64,000 nucleotides of DNA, taken from the IMG/VR virus record IMGVR_UViG_3300042401_001747; one strand, 5' to 3'. This DNA comes from a virus. Below the pieces are notes generated by a model. It worked only from the letters and a program-made list of their open reading frames with translations. It searched no databases and was not told where the DNA came from. The number at the start of each line of letters is the position of its first letter. Position 1 is the first letter of the stretch. Positions 1 to 9,272 of this stretch are shown piece by piece. The position numbers and the translations under genes are program-made.

Positions 1-1
1 T

Positions 2-199
2 CTTGATTCCGGATGGTGTGGCCCACCGGTTTGTTACACCCACGATGGATTACCAATGTCCGAAGAAGAAGAAACTGAATTCGAAGAAGGAGACCCATGC
101 GTACACGTGATTCGTATGTACGAGAGCGAAGAGCACAAGCAATCGGTAGAGGACGCGCACTCGCCGAGCCAATGGCGCAATCATTACTCGAAGGATTAG
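2..199 (+). CDS. conserved-looking small phage protein, 5'-truncated (not in ORF track)
   Basis: Frame +2 open from the window start: LDSGWCGPPVCYTHDGLPMSEEEETEFEEGDPCVHVIRMY...SKD*, Cys/His pattern; TAG at 197-199. Confidence 0.7.
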   Translation, partial: LDSGWCGPPVCYTHDGLPMSEEEETEFEEGDPCVHVIRMYESEEHKQSVEDAHSPSQWRNHYSKD

Positions 200-231
200 A
201 TACTCTCGCAGCGCTACTTAGACAGAGCGCA

Positions 232-378
232 ATGTTTCATTTATTGATGAGCTTGTTTGCCGGATACATGGGATTGATTACTCACTCGGATTTCTTGGCA
301 ACCATTGTTATCGCAACTGGCGCTTGCTGCTCTCTTAGAGCTTTGTATCTTGCTCGCATCCAGGGACTAATAGAGTAG
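232..378 (+). CDS. small membrane protein
   Basis: ATG 232; two hydrophobic stretches; stop TAG is part of the GAGTAGATAAC motif. The track start at 97 overlaps the preceding ORF. Confidence 0.5.
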   Translation: MFHLLMSLFAGYMGLITHSDFLATIVIATGACCSLRALYLARIQGLIE

Positions 379-462
379 ATAACCCCGAGATTTTAGTCGG
401 GGCTCCCAACGCCCCCAGGTCGATTTCGCTTTGCGAGCATGTGGGGGAATGAGAGATAAGTT

Positions 463-491
463 TTGGAAGTCTGTACTGTGCGTGGTACATT
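463..491 (+). promoter_or_regulatory. early promoter, family member 1
   Basis: TTGGAA-17bp-TACATT with TG extension; spacer starts GTCTGTAC; AGATAA motif just upstream. Confidence 0.75.
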
Positions 492-515
492 GGTGCTGTA
501 CCAGTGAAAGGGGAC

Positions 516-758
516 ATGATGAAAACAAGACTTTTATCAGACATTGCCAGTGACATTCGAGCCGATTGGGCTAACCCATACTTTGGGGCCGTTCCATACT
601 TGGATGCCATGAGCACATTGAGCAGTATCGACGATACTTATGGCATGGACGATGCGAAATACATCGTGGTGTATTTCTTGAGCAATGCTACGACATGGCG
701 TGGCCCAGTGGCACGAGACATCAAAAAGGAACTCAAGAAGTTGGCAGGCCTCAAGTGA
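516..758 (+). CDS. hypothetical phage protein
   Basis: RBS AAAGGGG before ATG 516; PYFGAVPYLDAM...YFLSNATTWRG. Confidence 0.8.
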   Translation: MMKTRLLSDIASDIRADWANPYFGAVPYLDAMSTLSSIDDTYGMDDAKYIVVYFLSNATTWRGPVARDIKKELKKLAGLK

Positions 759-907
759 AAGAAGCAACTACAAGTCGCATCAAAGAAGTGCTGGCAAGTC
801 ACGAGAATGTCATTTGCCTAGAATGTTTGCGATTGTTTGACTTGCTGAATGAGCAAGAAGCGAACGAATGGTTTTACGGCCACGATTGCGAAACTGTTTC
901 AGAGTAG
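755..907 (+). CDS. small Cys/His (zinc-binding-like) protein
   Basis: GTGA overlap with the upstream stop; CLEC...GHDC; stop lies inside the repeat motif. Confidence 0.65.
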   Translation: MKEATTSRIKEVLASHENVICLECLRLFDLLNEQEANEWFYGHDCETVSE

Positions 908-944
908 ATAACTTTCGCCCCCCCGACTCTCACCCTCATTGCGT

Positions 945-989
945 GAACAACCTCACGCAGTGAGGGCGTTAGTCAGTGAAGCCGGGGCT
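945..989 (+). repeat. about 45-bp intergenic repeat, copy 1 (others at 1703-1748 minus and 7227-7271 plus)
   Basis: GAACAACC-N-GAGGGCGTTAGYCRGY-AAGCCGGGGCT conserved in three intergenic locations. Confidence 0.85.
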
Positions 990-1034
990 TTTGTCCAAAA
1001 AGCAGAACTGCGCATGGGGGTGTGAGAGATAAGT

Positions 1035-1063
1035 TTGCAAGTCTGTCCCCTGGGTGGTACGAT
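1035..1063 (+). promoter_or_regulatory. early promoter, family member 2
   Basis: TTGCAA-17bp-TACGAT; GTCTGT spacer; GTGAGAGATAAG directly upstream. Confidence 0.8.
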
Positions 1064-1092
1064 AAAGGCAGACCAACTGAAAGGGGTTCACA

Positions 1093-1419
1093 ATGGAAAC
1101 GACCGACAAACTTGAAATGCTCAAAGAGCAACTGGAAGAAATGACAGACCAGGTGAAAAAAATGGCAGAGGCTCTAAGAACACCAACGCCATGCGATTGC
1201 TGTTTCACTCTCCAAGAAAACGCTGATAACTATCTTGACTTTGAGAACGCAGTTCTTGACATTTCCAACAAGTGCCAGGAAATTCACATGACAGCGAACC
1301 TGTGTTACTGGGCTGTTCTTTCCGTTCCACACGAGATTGCTCTTGCGAAACTACAAGCAGAAAATCGTGAACACTTTTACACACACCCTGACAGCAACGC
1401 TTTCATTTCCTGGGACTAA
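1093..1419 (+). CDS. hypothetical protein
   Basis: ORF track; RBS GAAAGGGG; own promoter. Confidence 0.75.
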   Translation: METTDKLEMLKEQLEEMTDQVKKMAEALRTPTPCDCCFTLQENADNYLDFENAVLDISNKCQEIHMTANLCYWAVLSVPHEIALAKLQAENREHFYTHPDSNAFISWD

Positions 1420-1436
1420 GAGAGAGTAGATAACTC

Positions 1437-1655
1437 ATGAACATAGAAAACAACTCATACACCAAGACGCACAACAAGTTTGTGTTGTGTCCTCGCTGTG
1501 AAGGTTTTATTCCGAACAACGAAACACCAGGCGCATACCCAGGTGCTATTTCTCGCATTGACAACAAGACCGAAATCTGTTCAGCCTGTGGTGTTTCAGA
1601 AGCGTTCCTTGATTACGAAGGCAGACTGACAGACTGGCGCAAGCCACAAGAGTAA
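1437..1655 (+). CDS. small zinc-finger protein
   Basis: CPRC...PGAISRIDNKTEICSACG. Confidence 0.75.
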   Translation: MNIENNSYTKTHNKFVLCPRCEGFIPNNETPGAYPGAISRIDNKTEICSACGVSEAFLDYEGRLTDWRKPQE

Positions 1656-1702
1656 ATCACTCACAACTTCATCATGAAGAGAGAGTAGATAACTTCACAA
1701 GG

Positions 1703-1748
1703 AGCCCCGGCTTCGCCGACTAACGCCCTCGCTTCGCTTCGGTTGTTC
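1703..1748 (-). repeat. about 45-bp intergenic repeat, copy 2 (inverted)
   Basis: Reverse complement GAACAACCGAAGCGAAGCGAGGGCGTTAGTCGGCGAAGCCGGGGCT. Confidence 0.8.
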
Positions 1749-1787
1749 TCGCTCTGAAAACGAGAGAACGGAGAGAGTAGATAACTT

Positions 1788-1816
1788 TTGAAAGTCTGTA
1801 CTCCCCGTGGTACATT
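1788..1816 (+). promoter_or_regulatory. early promoter, family member 3
   Basis: TTGAAA-17bp-TACATT; GTCTGTAC spacer; GAGTAGATAAC ends 2 bp upstream. Confidence 0.8.
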
Positions 1817-1844
1817 GTTGGTGTCTCAACGAAAGGGGATTCAA

Positions 1845-2186
1845 ATGTCGTCCGACATCACATTCATCAACAAGGTGCAGGAAGCACTGGAAGCAGGGGT
1901 CATCATTGCTGATGGTCACACGCTTTTCGCACCTGAGTTTTACGAGCCGTTCTTCACGGCAACAGAACTCGGACACCTCATCCGTAAGCACGAATCTCAC
2001 GGCTCGTGGAAATCCACCATCTTTGACGAGAACGGTGAAGTCATTCCTGAACTGGAAGCCATTTACAATCTCGACTTTTTGTACTGGCTCGCCAGCAAAC
2101 TCGGAGTCACGAAGCACACCACTGCGATGGGTCGTGGTTCACAGGCTGAACAACTGAAAGGCTTCATCCGAGAAGCAATCGCATAA
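1845..2186 (+). CDS. hypothetical protein
   Basis: RBS GAAAGGGG, ATG 1845 (the track TTG start lies in the promoter). Confidence 0.8.
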   Translation: MSSDITFINKVQEALEAGVIIADGHTLFAPEFYEPFFTATELGHLIRKHESHGSWKSTIFDENGEVIPELEAIYNLDFLYWLASKLGVTKHTTAMGRGSQAEQLKGFIREAIA

Positions 2187-2232
2187 GTTTGGTTCTCTCG
2201 GTTTCCTTCCCTCCGAGAGAACCCTCACGGGA

Positions 2233-2280
2233 AACGCCCCACAAGAGTTATCTACTCTCTTGTGGGGCGTTCTCTTTTTC
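2233..2280 (+). terminator. intrinsic terminator with the repeat motif in its loop
   Basis: 15-bp perfect stem AACGCCCCACAAGAG/CTCTTGTGGGGCGTT, loop TTATCTACT, T-rich tail. Confidence 0.8.
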
Positions 2281-2632
2281 TCAATCAAATGTGCTCACAG
2301 AAGTTATCTACTCTATTGGCGTGACGCAGGTGCACAGGTTCGCTTCGCAGTGCGCTCAATCCAGCGAGTGTGTGAAATCGGAAACTTATCTCTCACTCCC
2401 CCATCCTCAACTTTCCCCCTTCGGGTGAAAGCCCCGCTTATGGGCAGCAAGCTCTTGGTGGTCTGCGATGTAAGCGGCTGAATTTTGGAACGTCAGCGAT
2501 TGGAATAGCTTGCGGCTCTGGTTTTGGAGCTTCTGCTGGGAGTTGAGCTTCTGGTTCTTCGTTATTTTCTGTCATGTCCTATTTTCTCACAATTTCTAAA
2601 TTAGATGGGGCAGCAAGAGATAAGTCAGGTTT

Positions 2633-2833
2633 TTAAAAAAGAGGAACATCCATGGTTTGCGGCCGGTCGTTGCAATGTATGTGCTTGTATTCGTGGAGCT
2701 CTTCGACTACCCGATTAATGGCCTTGCCGCCCGATTTAAGCCAAACAATAGCCTTGCGCTCAACGGTGTTATCTCCAGGACGAAGCGATAGGCCGCAGAC
2801 GTAGCAGACAAAAAGAGGAGGCAATCCGGTCAT
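2633..2833 (-). CDS. small zinc-ribbon-like protein
   Basis: ATG 2833 with GAAAGG RBS; CYVC...HIHC. Confidence 0.6.
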   Translation of the reverse strand: MTGLPPLFVCYVCGLSLRPGDNTVERKAIVWLKSGGKAINRVVEELHEYKHIHCNDRPQTMDVPLF

Positions 2834-3021
2834 GTTGATGGACCTTTCATAGAGTAGATAAGGCATCCTAGCGCGAGGCCTAACTAAAATCTCAATAGTT
2901 TTGCCATTCACGAAGAAAGGTGACTAGGATGTCGGCATAGGAATTAACAGGGCTCTCGCAACCTCTCTCCTTTCGGTACATCCCCAGCGTGAGCCCTGTT
3001 GGTTTCTACTATGATGAACCC

Positions 3022-4938
3022 ATGAGGTTGTACTTAGATAAAAACGAGATAGTGCTCGACTTCCCATACGATGCACATCAGGTCTCGGAACTGAAACTAA
3101 TAAAAGGTTCGCGCTGGGATAAGCAAACAAAGCTATGGAGAGTTCCGGTTACCTCTCTGGAAGCTGCTCGAGATTTCGCCATCAAACACGACTTCACCGT
3201 GACTATTGATGTCCTCACATTTAACGCCCCCAAAATCAAAACTGGCAAAGCAAAAGTCTCACTCGAAGATGAAATGATTTCTATCCGTGTTCCGTACGAG
3301 CGCGTTGTTGTGAAAGCCGTGAAACAAATACCAGCAGTTTCGTGGAACGCCGATAAACACTGCTGGCAAGCACCCGTGTCGTCTGTTCTAAATACCATCG
3401 AATGGGCAGAGAAGTTTGATGTGGTAGTGGACCCTGCTGTTGCTGCACTATCGGACCAAGTAACGGCACGTATGAACGAGTTCGTTGAGGCCTCGCGCGC
3501 GACAGAAGCCCATGTTGACATCGCGGCATTACAAGGAGAACTGCTTCCCTATCAGCATGCCGGAGTCGTATACGCAGCCCGTGCTCGACGTACATTTATT
3601 GCCGATGACATGGGGTTAGGTAAAACTCTCCAATCAATAGCAACGCTCGAATACGTTATGGATTCGTATCCGGCCGTGGTCGTTTGTCCACCGAGCTTGG
3701 TTCTCAACTGGGTAACAGAATGGAACCGGTGGCTGCCTAATCGAAAGGTTGTACCGGTAACCAATCGCAAAGACTTCCCTGAACGTGGCTCGTATGACGT
3801 TGTTGTTGTTGGTTATAGCAACATTGCTCACTGGGAGAAGCGACTTACCGGACATCGTTCCTACATCTTCGACGAAAGTCATTACGCAAAAACACCAACA
3901 GCACAAAGAACAAAAGCAGCAGTAAAGATGGCTAAGTCTGCTCACAAAGACGGCCTCGTACTGTGTCTCACCGGAACGCCAGTGACTAATCGTCCGAATG
4001 AATACGCTTCTCAGTTAGAAATACTGGGAAGGTTAAAAGACTTCGGTGGTCTTTGGGGTTTTTATCGACGCTATTGCGCTGCCTACCAAGACAACTTCGG
4101 CCAATGGAACATCGCCGGCCATTCGCACCTCGACGAACTAAACGAGCGCCTTCGAGGTACGTGCTACATAAGAAGAACGAAAGACCAAGTGCTTTCAGAA
4201 CTTCCTCCCGTAATGCATAGCAAGCTGCTGGTAGAGGGAAGCTCTGCTGCAATGAAAGAATACAAGAAAGCAGAAACAGACATCCTGTTGTACATCGCTG
4301 AACGAGCACGACAACTCGCTCTCGAACAAGGAAAGCCGTCTTACGGTGCTGCTATTCACGCAATGATTAAAGCAGAAGCTAACGAACACCTAGTTCGACT
4401 ATCGGTACTTCGTAAGCTCGCTGCCAAAGCGAAGATGGAAGTCGTAGAAGAGTGGATAAACACCCGTATAGAGAACGGAAAGAAAGTTGTCGTTGCTGCT
4501 CACCATAGAGACATTGTCGATGAGTTGGCTAGGAAGTTTGGTAACTTGCGCATTCAGGGTGGCATGAGCGTAGAGGAAGTCGAAGAGAACAAGCATCGTT
4601 TTCAGACGGAAGACATCGAAAGCGCACCCGTAATTGTTTTGTCAATACAAGCTGCAAAGACTGGACACACATTGACGGCAGCAGAAGAGTGCTTGTTTGT
4701 TGAGTTGCCGTGGACGCCGGCCGATGTTGACCAGACTTACAGTAGATTGCACAGAATTGGACAAAAAGGAAGCGTAACGGCTACGTACATGCTTGCAGCC
4801 GGAACAATAGACGAAGAAATCTACGAGATTATTGACAAAAAACGTTCAGTAGTCAATGCTGCTGTTGATGGTGGGGAAGTAGATAACTCTGACTTTTCTA
4901 CCCAGATGATTCTTAGCTTGCTAGATAAGCTTTCTTAA
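3022..4938 (+). CDS. SNF2-family (SMARCAL1/HARP-like) helicase
   Basis: ADDMGLGKT (Walker A), DESH, LTGTPVTN, QTYSRLHRIGQ; two N-terminal HARP-like repeats; probable leaderless ATG 3022. Confidence 0.92.
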   Translation: MRLYLDKNEIVLDFPYDAHQVSELKLIKGSRWDKQTKLWRVPVTSLEAARDFAIKHDFTVTIDVLTFNAPKIKTGKAKVSLEDEMISIRVPYERVVVKAVKQIPAVSWNADKHCWQAPVSSVLNTIEWAEKFDVVVDPAVAALSDQVTARMNEFVEASRATEAHVDIAALQGELLPYQHAGVVYAARARRTFIADDMGLGKTLQSIATLEYVMDSYPAVVVCPPSLVLNWVTEWNRWLPNRKVVPVTNRKDFPERGSYDVVVVGYSNIAHWEKRLTGHRSYIFDESHYAKTPTAQRTKAAVKMAKSAHKDGLVLCLTGTPVTNRPNEYASQLEILGRLKDFGGLWGFYRRYCAAYQDNFGQWNIAGHSHLDELNERLRGTCYIRRTKDQVLSELPPVMHSKLLVEGSSAAMKEYKKAETDILLYIAERARQLALEQGKPSYGAAIHAMIKAEANEHLVRLSVLRKLAAKAKMEVVEEWINTRIENGKKVVVAAHHRDIVDELARKFGNLRIQGGMSVEEVEENKHRFQTEDIESAPVIVLSIQAAKTGHTLTAAEECLFVELPWTPADVDQTYSRLHRIGQKGSVTATYMLAAGTIDEEIYEIIDKKRSVVNAAVDGGEVDNSDFSTQMILSLLDKLS

Positions 4939-5381
4939 TCTTCTGCTGCTCGTGATTCGGAAGAATCGACGCCCGTAATAATTTCTTGCGCAATAAGCTT
5001 GGCGTACTTACGGCGTAAGCGCCAAATCTTTCTATTCATTTCGGTTAACCCACTACTCATGCGCGCCTTGATGATTGCGTCGTCGTCGAATACCCCGTAA
5101 GCATTAAACAACGCATCATGAAGTTCCGTGTCCTCGATTAGAATGTCCGAAATCCATCCGGCTTTCTTATCTATCGACATCATCAGTTCGCACATTCCTT
5201 CTGCACCGAACTCTTCCCAGAGGCGATTTACGACAATGTTGCAGTAATGGCTACGGTACAAGCGCTGAGCTTTCTGTGATTGAGACATGAACTCAGAGAG
5301 CCATACGGCAAGTTCGGCGCTCGATGGGCCTTCTTCATCCTCAAAGTCGAAGACTTCATCGTTATCGTCATTTTCATTCAC
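4935..5381 (-). CDS. hypothetical protein
   Basis: ORF track, acidic N-terminus. Confidence 0.7.
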   Translation of the reverse strand: MNENDDNDEVFDFEDEEGPSSAELAVWLSEFMSQSQKAQRLYRSHYCNIVVNRLWEEFGAEGMCELMMSIDKKAGWISDILIEDTELHDALFNAYGVFDDDAIIKARMSSGLTEMNRKIWRLRRKYAKLIAQEIITGVDSSESRAAED

Positions 5382-5425
5382 GATTGTTCCCTTCGGCTTT
5401 CTCTATCTAAATGATACAGCCGAGA

Positions 5426-6454
5426 TTAGGATACTCCTGACAATAGATAATCCTGAGCCTTTACTTTTGCTCGTGTCACCCATGAGTTGTTGCTCATAGA
5501 CGCGAGTGCTCGCTCGGTAGGTGTTGCTTCGCGATAGTGGTCGAGATACTCGCCGATTGCGTTGACCAAAGACCAGCCGTTGTACCCGTAGTTCTTTGCG
5601 TTGTTATCGTTTGCGTAAATTGCGCGTACCAATGCTGTTACTTCTTTGTGGTTTGTTTCTTGACGCGCTGTTGCGTCTTTGCTTATCGGGAATACTTGAT
5701 TCAGTGTCTTGTCAAGTATTTGAGAAGAAGCAGGAACATTTATTGACAGCAACTTTTCTGCTGTAAGCGTGAACTCGCGAGCCCATTCGGTCGAGATGTT
5801 GAGAACTTCGTTCGCTTGCTCCATTGCTCTATCTGCATTGCGTGTATGGCGCGCAGTAAAGACTCGCTTCGCTGATGAAACACCAGCAATAACTGTGTTT
5901 TTACATACGGCACGAATACTCGTGTTCGCAAAGGTAATCGCCGTTTTGCCGTCATGTCCATTGTGTACGAGTAGATAACGCTCAATCGAGTCATTGATTC
6001 CTGCTGGGTCGATTATCAGCGCACCCATGTCAATAGACGCAAAGAATTCACAGCCATCTCTCAGCACCCCACAGGTATCCACAACGGCGTCCCCGTCCGA
6101 AGCTCCAACTATGTCGAGGGCGTAATTGAGGCATTCCCGATTTTGCTGAACTACATAGCGAGTACCCACTGTTGCTAGTCCATTAAACGACCCGTCCGTA
6201 TTCACCCGTACCGTTGCTCTGCTATCTGGAACGAGGATTGTAGTTCCGTCTGGTTGGCGAATCGGCTCGCCTTCATCGTCACATACGGCTACCCGTGTCG
6301 TTACTACGTCGAAATCTGCCTGTGCTGCTGCGAGCATTGCCTCAGCCGTTTGTAGGCCTTTCATAGGCTGCCCAAGCTTGTGCCATGGAATCTGTCGGTC
6401 TGCGTACGCCATGCGTGCCGTGCCGTCTTTGTTGATTTCTATCTGATGAGCCAT
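5426..6454 (-). CDS. DUF932 / phage-plasmid TIGR03299-like protein
   Basis: MAH...PWHKLG, VGTRYVVQQN, YLLVHNGHDG, IRAVCKNT, WSLVNAIGEYLDH. Confidence 0.85.
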   Translation of the reverse strand: MAHQIEINKDGTARMAYADRQIPWHKLGQPMKGLQTAEAMLAAAQADFDVVTTRVAVCDDEGEPIRQPDGTTILVPDSRATVRVNTDGSFNGLATVGTRYVVQQNRECLNYALDIVGASDGDAVVDTCGVLRDGCEFFASIDMGALIIDPAGINDSIERYLLVHNGHDGKTAITFANTSIRAVCKNTVIAGVSSAKRVFTARHTRNADRAMEQANEVLNISTEWAREFTLTAEKLLSINVPASSQILDKTLNQVFPISKDATARQETNHKEVTALVRAIYANDNNAKNYGYNGWSLVNAIGEYLDHYREATPTERALASMSNNSWVTRAKVKAQDYLLSGVS

Positions 6455-6627
6455 AGCCGTCTCCGTCTCTGTTTTCTTATAGATAAATCTATCTGAAAGA
6501 TACCCAGTTCCAGTGCAACAGTTATTAGCGGGGCTCCCCCCTTGGGGGCGTTGCTCGCGCGTGGGGGTGGTGAGAGATAAGTCTGCTGGTTTGAGTGAAG
6601 TGGCGTACTAGCAGAGTAGATAACTCT

Positions 6628-6656
6628 TCGCAAGTCTGTACCCCTGCTGGTACGAT
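6628..6656 (+). promoter_or_regulatory. early promoter, family member 4
   Basis: TCGCAA-17bp-TACGAT; GTCTGTAC spacer; GAGTAGATAAC upstream; CCAACTGAAAGGG leader as at 1073. Confidence 0.75.
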
Positions 6657-6685
6657 TTGGGTATTCCAACTGAAAGGGGAACCCA

Positions 6686-7153
6686 ATGAGAACCATTATG
6701 AACGAGCACACAGGCGAAATCCCTGCCGACCAAAGTTTGGAGGCGTGCCGAGCACGCTCCTACACAAAGCGCAACACGCAGTGCGCCTCGGCTGACCTGC
6801 CTGAAGAATGGGAAAGCATCCACGATGCAACGCTGGAGCAAAAGTGCAATCGCCTCGCCACGGTGAACACAGGCAAATACGAGTTCGCCCGTAGCCTCGC
6901 TCAGCAGTTCAAGGACAAGGGAACACTTTCCGACAAGCAAATCGTCTGGGTCAATCGCCTCTACCACGAACACGCCGAAATCAATCGCATCGTGCGTAAT
7001 GTTCGTGGAGCACACGAATGGACAACGGTCGGTGCAATCACCCACAACCTAAACACAGTGCTCGGCACTTACGCCATTACCAACTTCCACAAGTGCGACA
7101 GATGTGGCGAATGGGGCGAGACCTACGAAAGCAACAACTACTCGGGCGACTGA
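6686..7153 (+). CDS. hypothetical protein
   Basis: RBS GAAAGGGA; FARSLAQQF...LSDKQ motif; C-terminal CDRC. Confidence 0.75.
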   Translation: MRTIMNEHTGEIPADQSLEACRARSYTKRNTQCASADLPEEWESIHDATLEQKCNRLATVNTGKYEFARSLAQQFKDKGTLSDKQIVWVNRLYHEHAEINRIVRNVRGAHEWTTVGAITHNLNTVLGTYAITNFHKCDRCGEWGETYESNNYSGD

Positions 7154-7226
7154 CCACCCCCCCCAAAAAAAAGACGGCACTCGGAGTAGATAACCCCCCA
7201 ACCCCGACCCTGCGTCGTCAGGGCGA

Positions 7227-7271
7227 GAACAACCTCGCGAAGCGAGGGCGTTAGCCAGCAAAGCCGGGGCT
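7227..7271 (+). repeat. about 45-bp intergenic repeat, copy 3
   Basis: GAACAACCTCGCGAAGCGAGGGCGTTAGCCAGCAAAGCCGGGGCT. Confidence 0.85.
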
Positions 7272-7366
7272 TTCGCTCAAACCTGCTGACATCGGGAGCG
7301 AAACGGGGGGGGTGAGAGATAACTCGGATTACCAAAAACAACAAACACACAGAGAGTAGATAACTT

Positions 7367-7395
7367 TTGCAAGTCTGAACCAGCGATGGTACATT
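7367..7395 (+). promoter_or_regulatory. early promoter, family member 5 (leaderless)
   Basis: TTGCAA-17bp-TACATT, ATG 6 nt downstream. Confidence 0.8.
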
Positions 7396-7401
7396 GTGTG
7401 C

Positions 7402-8610
7402 ATGAGACAAGTACCCACAGCATCACTAGCCCATAGCCTGCACACCGATTACCTGCAATACCGAGAAAGTCACCCAACGATGGACAGGCTCTTGCATCTC
7501 GGATACTTTCGCGCCATGTGGGCAGACAGCGATACGCCGATTTTGACCCGTGACGCATTGGAGAGCGAAGCAGAAAGAGGCGCAGTCCATCACGAAGTGC
7601 ATCGCGCACTAGATGACACAATCATCGCGCTCGGTGACACTGTGTTTCTCACTGACGACCTGCGTGAGTTGGTCAAGACGGCAGAAGCAACAATGCCCGA
7701 TGAAGTTTTATTTGAGACGGACATTTTTACCCCGTGTGGATTTATCGTGATGGAAACACCACTACACAAAAGCGTACGGTCACTCATAAGAGCCGAAGAT
7801 TTTGACGAAGTGCTAACGCTCGCAAAAAAGTATGGCGCAATAGTAAGTGGAACACGCAATGACAATGAACCCGACGAAGATGGAAACTATGTGGGCACGG
7901 AGAATTGGGAAGTGCAAGCGTTTGCATGGGCTGACGCGAACGCCGTAACACCCGTAGCACTTTTGGAAATAGAGAGACGGTTCGGCAAGGACAGTAACGA
8001 ATACGCTTTGGCTCAAAACATTTCTAAGAACTCAGAGAACGCCGATGCTATTCAGGTGCGCGTCTTTGGGACTCTTGTATCAACTACTGTCAATGGACTA
8101 ACGATAGAAGTGCCACAACTACACATTGCTCCGTTACGACTAATGGACATGTATGTGTTTTTCTATGGCGAAGACGGAATGGAAATAGAACGCGAAGCAA
8201 GTGGAGTAGATAACTCCTCAGAAACAGAACTAAACGAGTCTTCATGGGAACGAAGCAGGGAAGTGCGTCGTTTTCTTGTTGCTCTCTTTCGCTTGATGGA
8301 GGAGTATGTAGACAAAGACACAACCGTTCTCCCTCGCGCTTTCGGAAGACGCGCTACCCGTGGTGGTCGTAAGGGTGATACAAAAAGTGTCACAACACTT
8401 TCATTGCGTCGCGCCCTCTATGACGAAACAGACGGAACGGGAACAGGAGTGAAAGTAACTCTCGCTCACCTAGTCCGTGGTCACTGGCGTAATCAGTGGT
8501 ATCCATCACGAAAGATGCACCGTGCAAAATGGATACAGGCTCATCGCCGTGGTGGAAACATCACAGACGAAGTGACACAACGCCCACGCGTTATCAAGGT
8601 AGACCGATAG
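7402..8610 (+). CDS. conserved actinophage-type protein with C-terminal VRGHWRNQW motif
   Basis: HLVRGHWRNQWYPSRKMHRAKWIQAHRRG; leaderless ATG 7402. Confidence 0.8.
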   Translation: MRQVPTASLAHSLHTDYLQYRESHPTMDRLLHLGYFRAMWADSDTPILTRDALESEAERGAVHHEVHRALDDTIIALGDTVFLTDDLRELVKTAEATMPDEVLFETDIFTPCGFIVMETPLHKSVRSLIRAEDFDEVLTLAKKYGAIVSGTRNDNEPDEDGNYVGTENWEVQAFAWADANAVTPVALLEIERRFGKDSNEYALAQNISKNSENADAIQVRVFGTLVSTTVNGLTIEVPQLHIAPLRLMDMYVFFYGEDGMEIEREASGVDNSSETELNESSWERSREVRRFLVALFRLMEEYVDKDTTVLPRAFGRRATRGGRKGDTKSVTTLSLRRALYDETDGTGTGVKVTLAHLVRGHWRNQWYPSRKMHRAKWIQAHRRGGNITDEVTQRPRVIKVDR

Positions 8611-8618
8611 GAACGCAA

Positions 8619-8672
8619 AAGCGCCGTGCCGATACTTATCTACTCTCATAGGTAAGTGCCGACACGACGCTT
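8619..8672. terminator. imperfect hairpin between convergent genes, containing the repeat motif
   Basis: AAGCGCCGTGCCGATACTTATCTA-CTCTCA-TAGGTAAGTGCCGACACGACGCTT. Confidence 0.55.
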
Positions 8673-8692
8673 ACGTCGTGTACCGAATGTGT

Positions 8693-9013
8693 TTACTTAG
8701 TCCGTGCGTGTTTCCCGTAAGGATACGAAGGGTGCGCCCGTCGTGCGTCGTGACGCATGCCCTTGATTTCTCCGTATGCCCAAACGCCAAGCAGTGTTCC
8801 CGTCACAGTGCCCGTGACGGTCAGAAACAAACCAGCGAAAAGGTCGTAAGCAGTGTGGCTCTGATACGAGAGCGATGCGAGATACAGACCAAGCACGGTG
8901 AACACCCATGGCGTTCCTGCGAGAAGTTTGTAAATCAGTGTCGGATAGTTTTCTGAAAGCCAGTTAGTAGTCCGTGCTTCTATTTGGTCTAGGTGGTTGA
9001 TGATGTTTGTCAT
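8693..9013 (-). CDS. membrane protein
   Basis: Two hydrophobic segments; own promoter at 9047-9075. Confidence 0.75.
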   Translation of the reverse strand: MTNIINHLDQIEARTTNWLSENYPTLIYKLLAGTPWVFTVLGLYLASLSYQSHTAYDLFAGLFLTVTGTVTGTLLGVWAYGEIKGMRHDARRAHPSYPYGKHARTK

Positions 9014-9046
9014 GATGGTTTCCTATCAGTTGGTGGTGACACACGA

Positions 9047-9075
9047 ACTGTACCACTCACAGTACAAACTATCAA
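9047..9075 (-). promoter_or_regulatory. early promoter, family member 6
   Basis: TTGATA-17bp-TACAGT; GTTTGTAC spacer; GTGAGAGATAA upstream; CCAACTGATAGG leader. Confidence 0.75.
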
Positions 9076-9272
9076 GGATTATCTCTCACTCCCCCGACAT
9101 TGGGGACAGTGGCTGTGGTGGGAGCCCCGGGTTTTGTTGGTTATCTTGTGTAGATAGAGGGTCACGGCAAGGTTTACTATTCCAATCGACCAGCCAACAT
9201 AGTTTCTCATGCTTCACATTTTACAAGCACGGTCTCGGCCATCTAGAAGGAAATGACGACTGTGACGGTTAT

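Noticed and set aside
97-231. ORF-track start at 97
   Set aside because: It overlaps a more convincing frame (2-199); the hydrophobic part starts at ATG 232.
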